This document shows, in pieces, positions 45,311 through 62,000 of a DNA stretch of 64,000 nucleotides. The stretch lies in assembly GCF_009914755.1 (NCBI RefSeq), contig NC_060936.1, one strand, 5' to 3'. Each line of letters starts with the position of its first letter. Positions within the stretch are counted from its first letter, which is position 1. Under the pieces are notes generated by a model. That model worked only from the letters and a program-made list of their open reading frames with translations, had not been told where the DNA came from and ran no database searches. The DNA is from the human T2T-CHM13v2.0 reference genome, Homo sapiens. The translations under genes were made by a program, and so were the position numbers.

Positions 45311-45687
45311 TATTTTTTCAAAAGTTATTGGGGTATAGGTGGTATTCGGTTACATGAGTAAGTTCTTCAGTGGTGATTATGAGATTTGGTGCACCCATCA
45401 CCCAAGCAGTATACACTGCACCATATTTGTAGTCTTTTATCACTCACCCCCTCTCACTCTTCCCATCAAGCCCTCAAAGTCCATTGTATCATTCTTATGC
45501 CTTTGCATCCTCATAGCTTAGCTCTCACATATCAATGAGAACATATGATGGTTTGTTTTCCATTCCTGAGTTACTTCACTTAGAATAATAGTCTCTAATC
45601 TCATCCAGGTCACTACAAATGCTGTTAATCCATTCCTTTTCATAGACGAGTAGTAGTCCATTGTATATACATATATATCACAGTTTC
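45311..45687 (-). mobile_element. Old L1PB (L1PB1-like) 3' end fragment
   Basis: GTTATTGGGGTATAGGTGGTATTCGGTTACATGAGTAAGTTC...GCACCCATCACCCAAGCAGTATACACTGCACC...TTCCATTCCTGAGTTACTTCACTTAGAATAAT matches the recalled antisense L1PB 3'UTR; exact subfamily not verified. Confidence 0.85.
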
Positions 45688-45724
45688 TTTTTTTTTTTTT
45701 TTGAGGTAATGGTATGTTTTTTTT

Positions 45725-46054
45725 AATTATACTCTAAGTTTTAGGGTACATGTGCACATTGTGCAGGTTAGTTACATATGTATACATGTGCCATGCTGGT
45801 GCACTGCACCTGCTAACTCGTCATCTAGCATTAGGTATATCTCCCAGTGCTATCCCTCCCCCCTCCCCCCACCCCACAACAGTCCCCAGAGTGTGATATT
45901 CCCCTTCCTGTGTCCATGTGATCTCATTGTTCAATCCCCACCTATGAGTGAGAATATGCGGTGTTTGGTTTTTTGTTCTTGCGATAGTTTACTGAGAATG
46001 ATGTTTTCCAATTTCATCCATGTCCCTACAAAGGACATGAACTCATCATTTTTT
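45725..46054 (-). mobile_element. L1PA2-like 3' terminal ~330 bp
   Basis: TATACTCTAAGTTTTAGGGTACATGTGCACATTGTGCAGG (young PA2/HS-type end) with CTAACTCGTCATC, i.e. GAG rather than the L1HS-Ta ACA trinucleotide. Confidence 0.9.
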
Positions 46055-49000
46055 CTAAGAAAGCTTCTGTATAGTTTTTATGTTAAGATATTCCCTTTCT
46101 CAAAATAGACCTCAAATGGATCCCAAGTATCCTTTTGCAGAATCTATAAAAAGACTGTTTCCGAACTGCTCCAACAAAAGAAAGGTTCAAGTCTGTGAGT
46201 TGAATGCACACATCACCAAGAAGTTTCTCTGAGAGTTTCTGTCTAGGTTTTAGATGAAGATATTTCCTTTTTCTCCATATGCCTCAAACAGCTCCCAAAT
46301 ATCCCTTTGCAGATTTTACAAAAAGACTCTTTCCAAACTGTTCAAAAGAAAGTTTCAACTCTGTGAGGTTAACACAAGCAAGTTTCTCAGAAAGCTTCTG
46401 TCTAGTTTTTATGTGAAGTTATTTCCTTTTTCACCATAGGCCTCAAACCGCTCAGAAATATCCTTTTGCAGATTCTAGAAAAAAACTGTTTCCAAACTGC
46501 TTAATCAATAGAAAAGTTCAACTCTGTGAGAGAAATACACACACCACAAAGAATTTTCTGAGAAACTTCTGTCTAGTCTTTATGTGAAGATATTTCCTTT
46601 TTCACCATTGATATCAAACTGCTCAGAAATATCCCTTTGCAGATTCTAGAAAAAGACTGTTTCCAAACTTCTCAATCAAAAGAAAGGTTCAACTCTGTGA
46701 GATGAATGCACACATGAGAAAGAAGTTTCTCAGAGAGCTTCTGTCTAAATTATAGGTGAAGATATTTCCTTTTTGACCATAAGCCTCAAACCGCTCAGAA
46801 ATATTCCTTTGCAAATTCTAGAAGAAGACTATTTCCAAGCTGCCCAATCAAAAGAAAGGTTCAACTCTGTGAGATGAATGCACACATCACAAAGAAGTTT
46901 CTCAGAAAGCTCTGTCCAGTTTTTATAAGAATATATTTGCTGTTTCACCATTGGCCTCAAAGCGATCCAAAGTTTCCCTTTGCAGATTTTACAAAAAGAC
47001 TGTTTCCAAACTGCTCAATCAAAAGAAAGATTCAACTCTGAGAGATGAATGCCCACATCACAGAGAAGTTTCTCAGAAATCTTCTGTCTAGTTTTTATGT
47101 GAAGATATTTCCTTTTTCACCATTGGCCTCAAACCACTGAGAAATATCCCTTTGCAGATTCTAGAAAAAGACTGTTTCCAAACTGCTCAATCAAAAGAAG
47201 ATTCAAATCTGTGAGATGAATGCACTCATCACAAATAAGTTTCTCGGAAAGATTAGGTCTAGTTTTTATGTGAAGACATTTCCTTTTTCACCAGAGGCCT
47301 CAAAGGGTCTTCAAATATCCCTTTGCACATTCTACAAAAAGACTGTTTCCAAACTGCTCAATCAAAAGTAAGGTTCAACTTTGTGTGATCAATGCAAGCA
47401 TCACAGTGAAGTTTCTCAGAAGGTTCTGTCAATTTTTTATGTGAATAAATTTCCACTTTCACCATAGGGCACAAAGTGCTCCCAAATATCCCTTTGCAGG
47501 TACTACAAAAGACGGATTCCAAAGTGCTCAATCAAAAGAAAGGTTCAACTGTGAGATAAATGCACCCATCACAAAGAAGTTTCTCAGAAAGCTTCTGTCT
47601 AGTTTTCATGTGAAGATATTTCCTTTTTCACCATCGGCCTCAAACCGCTCAGAAATATCCCTTTGCAGATTCTACAAAAGGATGGGTTCCAAATTGCTCA
47701 ATGAAAGAAAGGTTCAACTCAGTGTGTTCAATGAACGCATCACAAAGAATTTTCTGAGAAAGCTTCTGTCTAGTTTTTATATGAAAATGTTTCCTTGTTC
47801 ATCATAGGCCTCAAATCTCTCAGAAATATCCCTTTGCAGATTCTACAAAAGGACTGTTTCCAAACTGCTCAATCAAAAGAAAGGTTGAACTCTGTGAGTT
47901 GAATGCACACATCACAAAGAAGTTTCTCAGAAAGCTTCTGTCTAATTTTTATGTGAAGATATTTTCTTTTTCACCATAGGCATCATACCATTAATAAATA
48001 TACCTTTACAGATTCTAGAAAAAGACTGTTTCCAAACTGCACAATCAAAAGAAAGGTTCAACTCTGTGAGATGAGTGCATACATCACAAAGAAGTTTCTC
48101 AGAAAGCTTCCATCTAGATTTATGTGAAGATACTTCTTTCTACATCATAGGCCTCAAACCACTGAGAAATATCCCTTTGCAGATTCTAGAAGAAGACTGT
48201 TTTGAAACTGCTCAATCAGAAGAGAGATTCAAGTCTGTGAGATTAATGCACTCATCACAATGGAATTTTTTAGAAATCTTCTATCTAGTTTTTATTTGTA
48301 GATGTTTCCTTTTTCACCATAGGCCTCAATGTGCTCGCAAATATCCCCTTGCAGATTCTACAAAGGAGCTGTTTCCAAACTGCTCAATCAAAAGAAATAT
48401 TGCATTCTGGGAGATGAATGTCTGCATCATAGTGAAGTTTCTCAGAACTCTTCTGTCCCATTTTTAAGTGAACATGTTTCCTTTTTCATCATAGGCATCC
48501 AAGGGCTACAAATTACCCCTTCACAGATTCCACAAAAAGACGGTTTCCAAACTGCTCAATCAAAAATAAAGTAAGTAAAGTTAATGTCTGTGAGTTGAAT
48601 GCACACATAACAAAGATGTCTCTCAGAAAGCTTCTATCTAGTTTTTATATGAAGATATTATATTTTTCACCATAGGCATCAAACCACTGAGAAATATCCC
48701 TTTGCAGATTCTTTAAAAAGACTGCTTCCAAACTGCTCAATCAAAAGAAAGATTCTAAACTGTGAGATGAATGCAAACATCACAAAGATGTTTCTGAGAG
48801 AGCTTCTGTCTACTTTTTATGTGAAGATATTCCCTTTTTCAAAATAGGCATCAAAAGGATCCCAAATATCCATTTGGAGATTCTACAAGAAGACTGTTTC
48901 CAAACTGCTCAATCAAAAGAAAGATTCAAGTCTGTGAGTTGAATGCACACATTGCAAAGCAGTTTCTCAGAAGTCTTCTGTCTAGTTTTTATATGAAGAT

Positions 49001-49537
49001 ATTTCCTTTTAAGCTATAGGCTTCAACATGCTCAGAAATATCCCTTTGCAGATTCTAGAAAAAGACTGTTAACAAACTGCTCAATCCAAAGAAAGGTTCA
49101 ACTCTGTGAGATGAATTCACACATCACAAAGAAGTTTCTCAAAAAGCTTCTGTTTAGTTTTTATGTGAAGATATTTCCTTTTTCACCATAGGCCTCAAAG
49201 AGATCCCAAATATCCTTTTGCATATACCATAAAAAGACTCTTTCTAATCTGCTCAATCAAAAGAAAGTTTCGTCTAGTTTTTATGCGAAGATATCTCCTT
49301 TCTCACCTTAGGCCTCAAAGGGCTCCCAAATATTCCTTTGCAGTTTGTACAAAAAGACAGTTTACAAACTGGTCAATCAAACTCTAAGTACAAGTCTGTG
49401 AGTTGAATGCACACATCACAAAGAAGTTTCTCAGAAAAATTCTGTCCAGTTTTTATGTGAAGATATTTCCTTTTTCACCACTGGCCTCAAAACACTCTGG
49501 AATATCCCTTTGCAGATTCTAGAAAAAGACTGTTTCC
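46055..49537 (-). repeat. Alpha-satellite block C (right part)
   Basis: Same diagnostic variants as 36375-45250 up to ...GCAGATTCTAGAAAAAGACTGTTTCC at 49537. Confidence 0.96.
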
Positions 49538-49546
49538 TTTTTTTAT

Positions 49547-52844
<3,298 letters not shown>

Positions 52845-53076
52845 ACGATGAAAACACATGGACACAGGAAGGGGAACATCACACTCTGGGGACTGTTGTG
52901 GGGTGGGGGTAGCAGGGAGGGATAGCATTAGGAGATATAGCTAATGCTTAATGATGAATTAATCGGTGCAGCACACCAGCATGGCACATGTATACTTATG
53001 TAACTAACCTGCACATTGTGCACATGTACCATAAAACTTAAAGTATAATAATAATAAAAAATAAACAATAAAAAAA

Positions 53077-56000
53077 TTGTTTCCAAACTGTTACATCAAA
53101 AGTAGGACTTTTCTCTGTGAGATGAACACACACATCTGAAAGCCATTTCTCATAATGTTTCCTTCCAGTTTTTATCTGAAGATATTACATTTATCACTAT
53201 AGGCTTTTTTGCTGTAGCTGATATTGCTTCTCAGATTTTTCAAAAATGTGTTTCTGAACTTCTCAGTGTAAAGAAAATTTTAACTCCATGGGGTGAATGC
53301 ACACATCACAAACGAGTTTCTCAAGAAGCTTCTTTCTAGTTTTTATCCTAAGATAATTCCCTTTTCAATATAGGCCTCAGTGTGCTTCCAAATATACCTT
53401 TGCTTATTCTACTAAAATAGTGTTTTCAAATTGCTCAATCACAAGAAAGGTTTAAATCTGTGAGAAGAATGAGAGCATCTTAAAGCAGTTTCTCAGATAG
53501 TTTATATCTACTTCTTTTCTGAAGATATTTCCCTTTTCACCAGAGGCCTCAGTTCACTCCAAATATACCTTTTCATATTCTACAAAAATAGTGTTTTCAA
53601 ACTGCTCTATCAAAAAGAAGGTTTAAATCTGTGAGATGAATTCATGCATCACAAAGTTGTTTCTCAGATAACTTCCGTCTAATTCTCTAATGATATTTCC
53701 TTTTCCAACATAGGCCTCCCAAATATCCCTTCACAGATTCTATAAAACAGTGTTTCCAAACAGCTCAATCAAAAGAAAGTTTTAAGTCTGTGAGATAAAC
53801 ACACACATTACAAAGCAGTTTCTCTGAAATCTTCCATGTAGTTCTTCTCTGAAGATATTTCCTTTTTAACCATAGGCCTCAATATGCTCCAAAATATCCC
53901 TTCACAGATTCTGAAAATAACAGTGTTTCCAAACTGCTCCATCAAAAGAATGACATAACTCTGTGAGATAAATGTACACATAAGAAAACAGTGTCTCATA
54001 ACGCCTCTTTCCAGTTTTCTCTGAAGATATTTCCTTGTTCACTGTAGTCTTTTTTGGGCTACTTTACATCGCTTCACAAATTTTGCAAAAACAGTGTTTC
54101 CAAAATGCTCAGTTAAATGAAAGGCTTATCTCTGTGAGATGAATGCACACATCACAAAACAGTTTCTCAAAAGCTTTTTTCTATATTTTATCTGAAGATA
54201 TTTCCTCTATCACCACAGGCTTCAATGCCATCCCAAATATCCCATCAGAGATTCTGCAAAAACTGGGTTTCTGAACTGCTCAATCAAAACACTGGTTTAA
54301 CTCTGTGTGTTGAATGCACATATCAGAAAGCAATTTCTCAAAGCCTCTTTCTGGTTTTTATCTGAAAATATTTCCTTTTTCACTATAGGCCTCAGTGCTC
54401 TCGCAAATATCTCTTTGCAGCTTCTACAAAAACAGTGTTTCCAAACTGCTAAATGAAAAGAAAGGTTTAAATCTGTAAGGTAAATGCAAACATCACAAAG
54501 GAGTTTCTCAGATAGCCTCTCTCTAGTACTCTTCTGAAGATATTTAATTTTCCACCATAGGCCCCAAAGTGCTCCCAAATATCCCTTTGCAGATTCTATA
54601 AAAACATTGTTTCTGCACTGTTCCATCAAAAGAAATGTTGTACTCTATGAGATGAATGCACACATGAGAAAGAAGTTTCTCACAACAATTCTTTCCAGTT
54701 TTTATCTTAAAATATTTCCTTGTTCACCATAGACCTTTTTGCACTAGAAAGCATCACTTCAAAGATTATAAAAAAAAAAGTGTTTCAAAACTGCTCAGTC
54801 AAAAGAAAAGTTTATTTCTGTGAGATGAATGCATCCATCAGAAAGCATTTTCTAAAAGATCTTCCCTCTAGTTTTTATCCGAAGATATTTCCTTTTTCAC
54901 CATAAGCATCAGTGTGCTCCCAAATATCCCATTTTAGATTCTATGATAACACTGTTTCCAAACTGCTCAATCAAAAGAAAATTTTTCCTCTGTGAGAAAA
55001 ATGCACACATAGTAATGCGGTTTATCAGAAAAACCCTATTTAGTTTTTATCTGAAGTTATTTCCTTTGCAGATGTTATAAAACTGCTCAATCAAAAGAAA
55101 GATATAACTATATGGGATGAATGCACACATCATAAAGCAGTTTCTCAGGAAGATTCTGTCTAGTTCTTGGCTGAAGATATTTTCTTTTGCACCATAGTCC
55201 TGAATGCAATCCAAAATATTCCTTTGAAGATTCTACAAAAACAGTGTGTCCAAAGTGATCAATCAACAGAAAATTTTAACTCTGTGAGATGAATGCAGAC
55301 ATCACAATGCAGTTTCTCAAAAATCTTCTTTCTAGTTTTTGTTCAAAGATATTTCCTTTTTCACTATAGGCTTCAATGCGCTCTCAACTTTCATTCACAG
55401 ATTCTACAAAAACAGTGTTTCCAAACTGCTCAGTCAAAAAGCAGGTTAAACTCTGTCACTTGAATGAGCCCATCTCAAAAGCAGTTTCTCAAAAAAATTT
55501 CTTTCTAGTTTTTATCCAAAAATATTTCATTTTTCAACATAGGCCTCAGGGCACTCTGAAATATACCTTTGTATATTCTACAGAAACAGTGTTGCCAAAC
55601 ACATCAATCAAAGAAAGTTATAACTCTATGTAATGAAAGCACACATCACAAAGCACTTTGTTAGATAGATTCCTTCTACTTTTTATCTGAAGATATTCCC
55701 TTTTTCACCATACGCTTCAGTGTGCTCCCAAATATGCCATCACGGAGTCTACAAAAACAGTGTTTCCAAACTGCTCAATCCAAAAACAGGTTTACTTTGT
55801 GAGATGAATGCACACATCACAAAGAATTTCTCTAAAAGCTTCCTTCTAGTTTTCATCCGAAGATATTTCCTTTTTCACCATAGACCTCAGTGCGTTTCCA
55901 AATTTACCTTTGCAGATTGTACAAAAACAGTGTTTCCAAACTGCTCAATCAAAAGAAAAGTTTAACTCTGTGAGAAGAATGCATACATCACAAAGAAGTT

Positions 56001-59000
56001 TGTCAGATAATTTCTGCTTAGCTCTTCTCTGAAGATATTTCCATTTCCACCATAGGCCTCAATGCGCTCCCAAATGACCCTTCACAGATTCTATAAAAAA
56101 AGTGTTTCTGAACTGTTCCTTCAAAAGAAGGATTTAACTCTGTGAGGTGAACACACACTTCACAAAATAATTTCTCATAATGCATCTATCCAGTTTTCAT
56201 CTGAAGAAATTTCCTTGTTCACCATAGGCCCTTTTGTGGTACTTAACATCGCATCAGAGGTTCTACAAAAACTTTGTTTCCAGACTACTCAGTCAAAAGA
56301 AAGATTTAACTCTGTGGTATGAATGCATACATCACAAAGCAGTTTCTCAAAAAGCTGACTTCCACTTTTTATCACAAGATATTCTTTTTCCACAATAGGC
56401 ATCCGTGCACTCCCATATATCCCTTTGCAGATTCTACAAAAACATTGTTTCCAAACTGCTCAAACAAATGAAACATTTAAGTATTTGAGAAGAATGCACA
56501 CACCAAAAATCGTTTTCTCAGAAAGCTTCTTTCTAGTTTTTATCTGAAGTTATTTCCTTTTTGAACATTGGCCTCGTGTGCTCCCAAATATTCCTTCACA
56601 GATTCTACAAACACAGTGTCTCCACACTACTCAGTCAAAAGAAAGGTTTAACTCTCTGAGATGAAGGCACACATCACAAAGCAGTTTCTCAAAAACTTCT
56701 TCCTAGTTTTTATCCAAAGATATTTCCTTCATCACCATAGGCTTCAAAGTGCTCCCAAATATCCTGCCACAGATTCTGCAAAGACAGTGTTTCCAAACTG
56801 CTCAATTAAAAAAGAGGTTTAACTCTGTGAGTTGAAGGCACACACCACAAAACAGATTCTCAAGAAGCTTCTTTATAGTTTTTATCTAGAAATATTTCCT
56901 TTTTCACCTTAGGCCTCATGCACTCCTAAATATCCATTCACAGTTTCTACAAAAACAGTGTTTCCAAACTGCTCAATCAAAAGAAAGGTTTACCTCTGTG
57001 AGATGAATGCACACATCACAAAGCAGTTTCTCAAAAAGCATTTTTCTCATCTCCATCCGAAGATATTTCCTTTTTCACCATAGTCCTCAATGCGCTCCCA
57101 ACTATGCCTTTGCAGATCATACAAAAACAGTGTTTCCTAAATGCTCAATCAAAAGAAAGGTTTAACTCTGTGAGATGAATGCACACATCACAAAGCATTC
57201 CTTAGAAAGCTTTTGTCTAGTTCTCTGAAGATTTTTTCCTTTTCCACTGTAAGACTAAAGGTAATCCCAAATATCCCTTCACAGATTCTACAAAAACAGT
57301 GTTTCCAATCTGTTCCATCAAAAGAAGGACTTAACTCTGAGATGAATGCACACATTGGGATGCAGTCTATCATAATGCTTCTTTCCAGTTTTCATGTGAA
57401 GATGTTTCCTTTTTCACCACAGCTTTTTTTGCGCTGCATAATATCGCTTTGCAGATTTTGCAAAAAGTGTGTTTCCGAACTGCTCAGTCAAAAGAAATTT
57501 TTAACTCTGTGATATGAGTGCACTCATCACAAAGCAGTTTCTCAAAAAGCTTCTTTCTAGTTTTTATCTGAAGGTATTTCCTTTTTCACCATAGGACTTG
57601 TGCACTCCCAAATATCCCTTCACAGATTCTACAAAACTGTGTTTCTAAACTGCTCAATAAAATTTTTAAGTCTCTGAGAAGAATGCATCTCTGAGAAGAA
57701 TGCACACCTCACTAAGCAGTTTCACAGTTTCTTTCCAGTTTTTGTCTCAAAATGTTTGCTTCTTCACCATAGGCTTTTTTACACTACCTAATATCACTTT
57801 GCAGATTTTGCAATAACAGTGTTCCCAAACTGCTCAGTCATAGGAAAGGTTTAACTCTGTGGGATGAATGCACACATCACAAACCACTTTCTCAAAAAGC
57901 TTCTTTCTTGTTATTATCTGAAGATATTTCCTTTATCACTATAGGCTTCAATGCACTCCCAAATTTCCTCTTGCAGATTCTACAAAAACACTATTTCCAA
58001 ATTGCTTGATCAAAAGAAATATTTAACTCTGTGAGAAGATGGCACACATTAGAAAGCAGTAACTCGTAACACTTTTTTTCAGTATTTATCTCAAAATGTT
58101 TGCTTGTTCACCATAGGCTTTTATACGTTATGTAATATCACTTTGCAGATTTTGCAAAAACAGTGTTCCCAAACTGCTCAGTCATAGGAAAGGTTTAATT
58201 CTGTGAGATGAATGCACACATGACAAACCACTTTCTTAAAAAGCTTCTTTCTGGTGATTTTCTGAAGATATTTCTTTTATCACTGTAGGCTTCAATGCAC
58301 TCCCAAATTTCCCGTCTCAGATTCTACAAAAACACTGTTTCCAAATTGCTCAAGGAAAAAACAGGTTTAACTCTGTGACTTGAACACACATATCACAAAA
58401 CAGTTTCTCAAAAAGCTTCCTTCTACTTTTTATTTGAAGATAATTCTTTTTTCACCTTAGACGTCAATGTGCTCCAAAATATCCCTTTGTGGATATTACA
58501 AAAACAGTGTTTCAAAACTGTTTGATTAAAAGAAGAACTAAACTCTGTGAGATGAACACACACAAAAGAAAGAAGGTTCTCATAATCCTTCTTTCCAGTT
58601 TTAATCTGAAGACATTTCCTTTTTCACCATAGGCTTTTTTTGCACTACCTAATATCAGTTCACAGATTTTGCAAAAACAATGTTTCCAAACTGCTCAGTC
58701 ATAATAAAGGTTTCACTCTGTGAGATAAATGCATTCATCACAAAGAAGCTTCTCAAAAAGCTACTTTCTTGTTTTTATCCAAAGATAATTCCTTTATCAC
58801 CCTAGGGTTCAATGCATGCCCAAATATCCCATCACAGATTCTACAAAAAAAGAGTGTCCAAAATGCTCAACCAAAAAACAGGTTTAAATTTGTGAGTTGA
58901 ATGCACAGTTCACAAAGCAGTTTCTCAAAAAGCTCCTTTCCACTTTTTATCAGAAGGTATTTCCTTTTTCACCATAGTCATCGTGTGCTCCCAAATATCC

Positions 59001-62000
59001 CTTTGCAGATTCTACAAAAACAGTGTTTCCAAACTGATCATTCCAAGGAAAGTTTTAACTCTGTGAGTTGAAAGCACACATTGCGTAGCATTTTCTCAAA
59101 AGGCTTCTTTCTAGTTTTTATCTGAAGGTATTTCCTTTTTCACTGTAGGCATAAACATGCTCCCAAATATGCCTTCATATATTCTACAAAAACAGTGTTT
59201 CCAAACTTCTCAATCAAAAGAAAGGTTTAACTTCGTGAGATGAATGCACACTTCACAAAGCAGCTTCTCAGAAAACTTCTGTCTACTTCTTCTCTGAAGA
59301 TATTTCCTTTTCCACCATGGTCTTGATACACTCCCAAATATTCCTACACAGATTCTACAAAAACAGTGCTCCAAACTGTTCCGTGAAAAGAAACACTTAA
59401 CTCTGTAAGATGAAAGCACACAAAACAAAGCAGTTTCTCAGAAAGCTTCTTTCTAATTTTTATCTAAAGTTATTTCCTTTTTCACCATAGTCCTCACGCA
59501 GTCCCAAATATCCTTTCAAATATTCTACAAAAACTGTTTCCAAGCTACTCAATCAAAAACTCATTTAACTCTGTGAGGTGAATGCACCCATCACAAAGCA
59601 GTTTCTCAATAACCTTCTTTCTAATTTTTATCCAAAGATGTTTCCTTTTTCACTGTAGGCTTCATTATGCTCCAAAATATACCTTTGCAGATTCTACAAA
59701 AACCGTGTTTCTGAACTGCTCAATCAAAAAACAGGTTTAGTTTGGTGAGAAGAATATACACATCACAAAGTGGTATCTCAGAAAGCTTCTTTCAAGTTTT
59801 CATATGAAGTTATTTCATTTTTCACCTTAGGCCTCAGTGTGCTGAAAAATAACCCTTAGCAGATTTTACCAAAACAGTGTTTCCAAACTGCAGAATCAAA
59901 AGAAATTTTAACTCTGTGAGATGAATGCACACATCACGAAGCAGTTTCTCTGAAAGCTTCCTTCCCGTTTTTTACTGGAGATATTTCCTTTTTCATCACA
60001 GGCTTCAATGCGCTCCCGAGTATCCCTTCACAGATTCTGTAAAAACAATGTTTCCAAACTGTTCCATCAAAATAAGGATTTACCTCTGTGGGATGAATGC
60101 ACACATCAGAAAGCAGTTTCTCATAATGGTTCTTTCCATTTTTTATCTGCAACTGTTTCCTTGTTTGCCACAGGACATTTTATGCTACTAAACATAGCTT
60201 TGCAGATTATTTAAAAAAGAGTGTTTCCAAACTGCTCACTCAAAAGAACAGTTTAAGTCTGTAAGATGAGTGCATACAACTCAAAGCAGTTTCTCAAAAA
60301 GCTTTTTTCTAGTTTTTATCTACAGATATTTCCTTTTTCACCATAGGCATCAGTGCACTCCCAAATATCCCTTTGCAGATTCTACAAAGCCAGCGTTTCC
60401 AAACTTTTCAATCAAAAGAAACTTTTAACTCTGTGAGAAGAATGCACACAACACAAAGCAGTTTCTTAGGAAGGTGTCTTCTAGTTTTAATCTGAGGTTA
60501 TTTCCTTTTTCATCTTAGGCCTGGTACACTCCCATATATTGCTTTGCAGATTCTACAAAAGCAGTGTTTCCAAACTGCTGAATCAAAACAAGAATTTAAC
60601 TCTGTGAGATGAATGCACACATCACAAAGCAGTTTCTCAGATAGCTTCTGTCTAGTTCTTTTCTGAAGATATTTCCTTTTTCAACAAAGACTTCAATGTG
60701 CTCCTAAATATCCCTTGGAAGATTCGAAAAAACAGTGTTTCCAAACTGCTCATTCAAAAGAAAGTTTTAACTCTGTGACATGACTGCACACATCACAAAG
60801 CAGTTCCTCAGAAAGATTCTATCTACTTCTTCTCTGAAGATATTTCCTTTTCCAACATAGGCCTCAATGCACTCCCAAATATCACTTTGCAGTTCCTACA
60901 AAAGCTGTGTTTCCAAACAGTTCCCTTAAAAGAAGCATTTGTCTCTATGAGAAGAATGCACATATCAAAAAGCAGTTTCTCATAATGCTTCTTTCCGGTT
61001 TTTATGTGAAAGTATTTCCTTGTTCACCATAGGACTTTTTGCTACCTAAAATCGATTTGCAGATTATACAAACACAGGACTTTCAAACTGCTCAGTCAAA
61101 AGAGAAGTTTATCTCTGTGAGAAGAATGCATCCATGATAGAGCAGTTTCTCAAAGAGCTTCTTTCTAGTTGTTGTCCAAGGATATTTCCTTTTTCACCAA
61201 AGGCATCAGTGCACTCCCAAATATCGCTTTGCAGATTCTACAAAAACAGTGTTTCCAAACTCCTCAATCAAAAGACACGCTTACCTCTGTGAGAAGAATG
61301 CAGACTTCACTAACTAGTTTCTCAGAAAACTTCTTTCTAGTTTTTATCTCGTCATTTCCTTTTTCACTATAGGCCTCTTGTGCTCCCAAACATCCTTTTG
61401 CAGATTCTACCAAGCCAGTTTTTCCAAACAGCTCAATCAAAAGTAACCTTTAAATCTGAGAGAAGAATGCTCACTTCACAAATCAGTTTCTCAGAAATAT
61501 TCTCTTGTTTTTATCTGAAGTTATTTCTATTTAAACCATTGGCCTCGTGTGTTCCAAATATCCATTCACAGATTCTACAAAAACAGTGTTTCCAAGCTGA
61601 TCAATCAAAAGAAAGTTTTAACTCTTTGAGATGAAACACACGTCACAAAGCAGTTTCTCTAATGCTTCTTTCCAGTTTCTTCTGAAGACATTTTTTTTTC
61701 ACCAAAGGCTTCAGTGCACTCCCAAATATCCCTTCATAGATTCTACAAAAACAGTGTTTCCAAACTCCTCAGTGAAACGAATGGTATAACTCTTCCAGAT
61801 GAACACACACATCACAAAGAATTTTCTCAGAAAATTTCTGTCTAGTACTTATCTGAGGACATTTCCTTTTCCACCATAGAACTCAATGTGCTCTCAAATA
61901 TCATTTTGCAGATTGTACGAAAACAGTGTTTCCAAACTCTTCCATCAAAAGAATGACAACTCTGTGAGATGAATGTACACATCAGAAAGCAGATTCTCAT

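Larger units (their letters stand above)
45251..46054 (-). mobile_element. Composite L1 insertion: 5'-truncated L1PA2-like 3' end plus putative 3'-transduced DNA and terminal poly(A)
   Basis: Satellite breaks at ...AAAGAAGTCTCT and resumes in register at (TTT)CTAAGAAAGC. The insert is poly-T, unique DNA, L1PB 3' end, T15, a 14 nt spacer, T8, then the L1PA 3' end, all co-oriented. TSD is at most ~5 nt (TCTCT/TTTCT). Confidence 0.85.

Noticed and set aside
45311-45687. L1PB as a direct ancient insertion dating block C
   Set aside because: It has no TSD of its own, is followed by non-satellite unique DNA and a fresh poly(A), and is bracketed within the L1PA2 insertion; transduced cargo is more parsimonious, pending a source search.
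52887-52921. G-rich tract with G-quadruplex potential (and C-rich mirrors at ~7375 and ~45855)
   Set aside because: Standard L1 3'UTR polypurine tract; nothing locus-specific.
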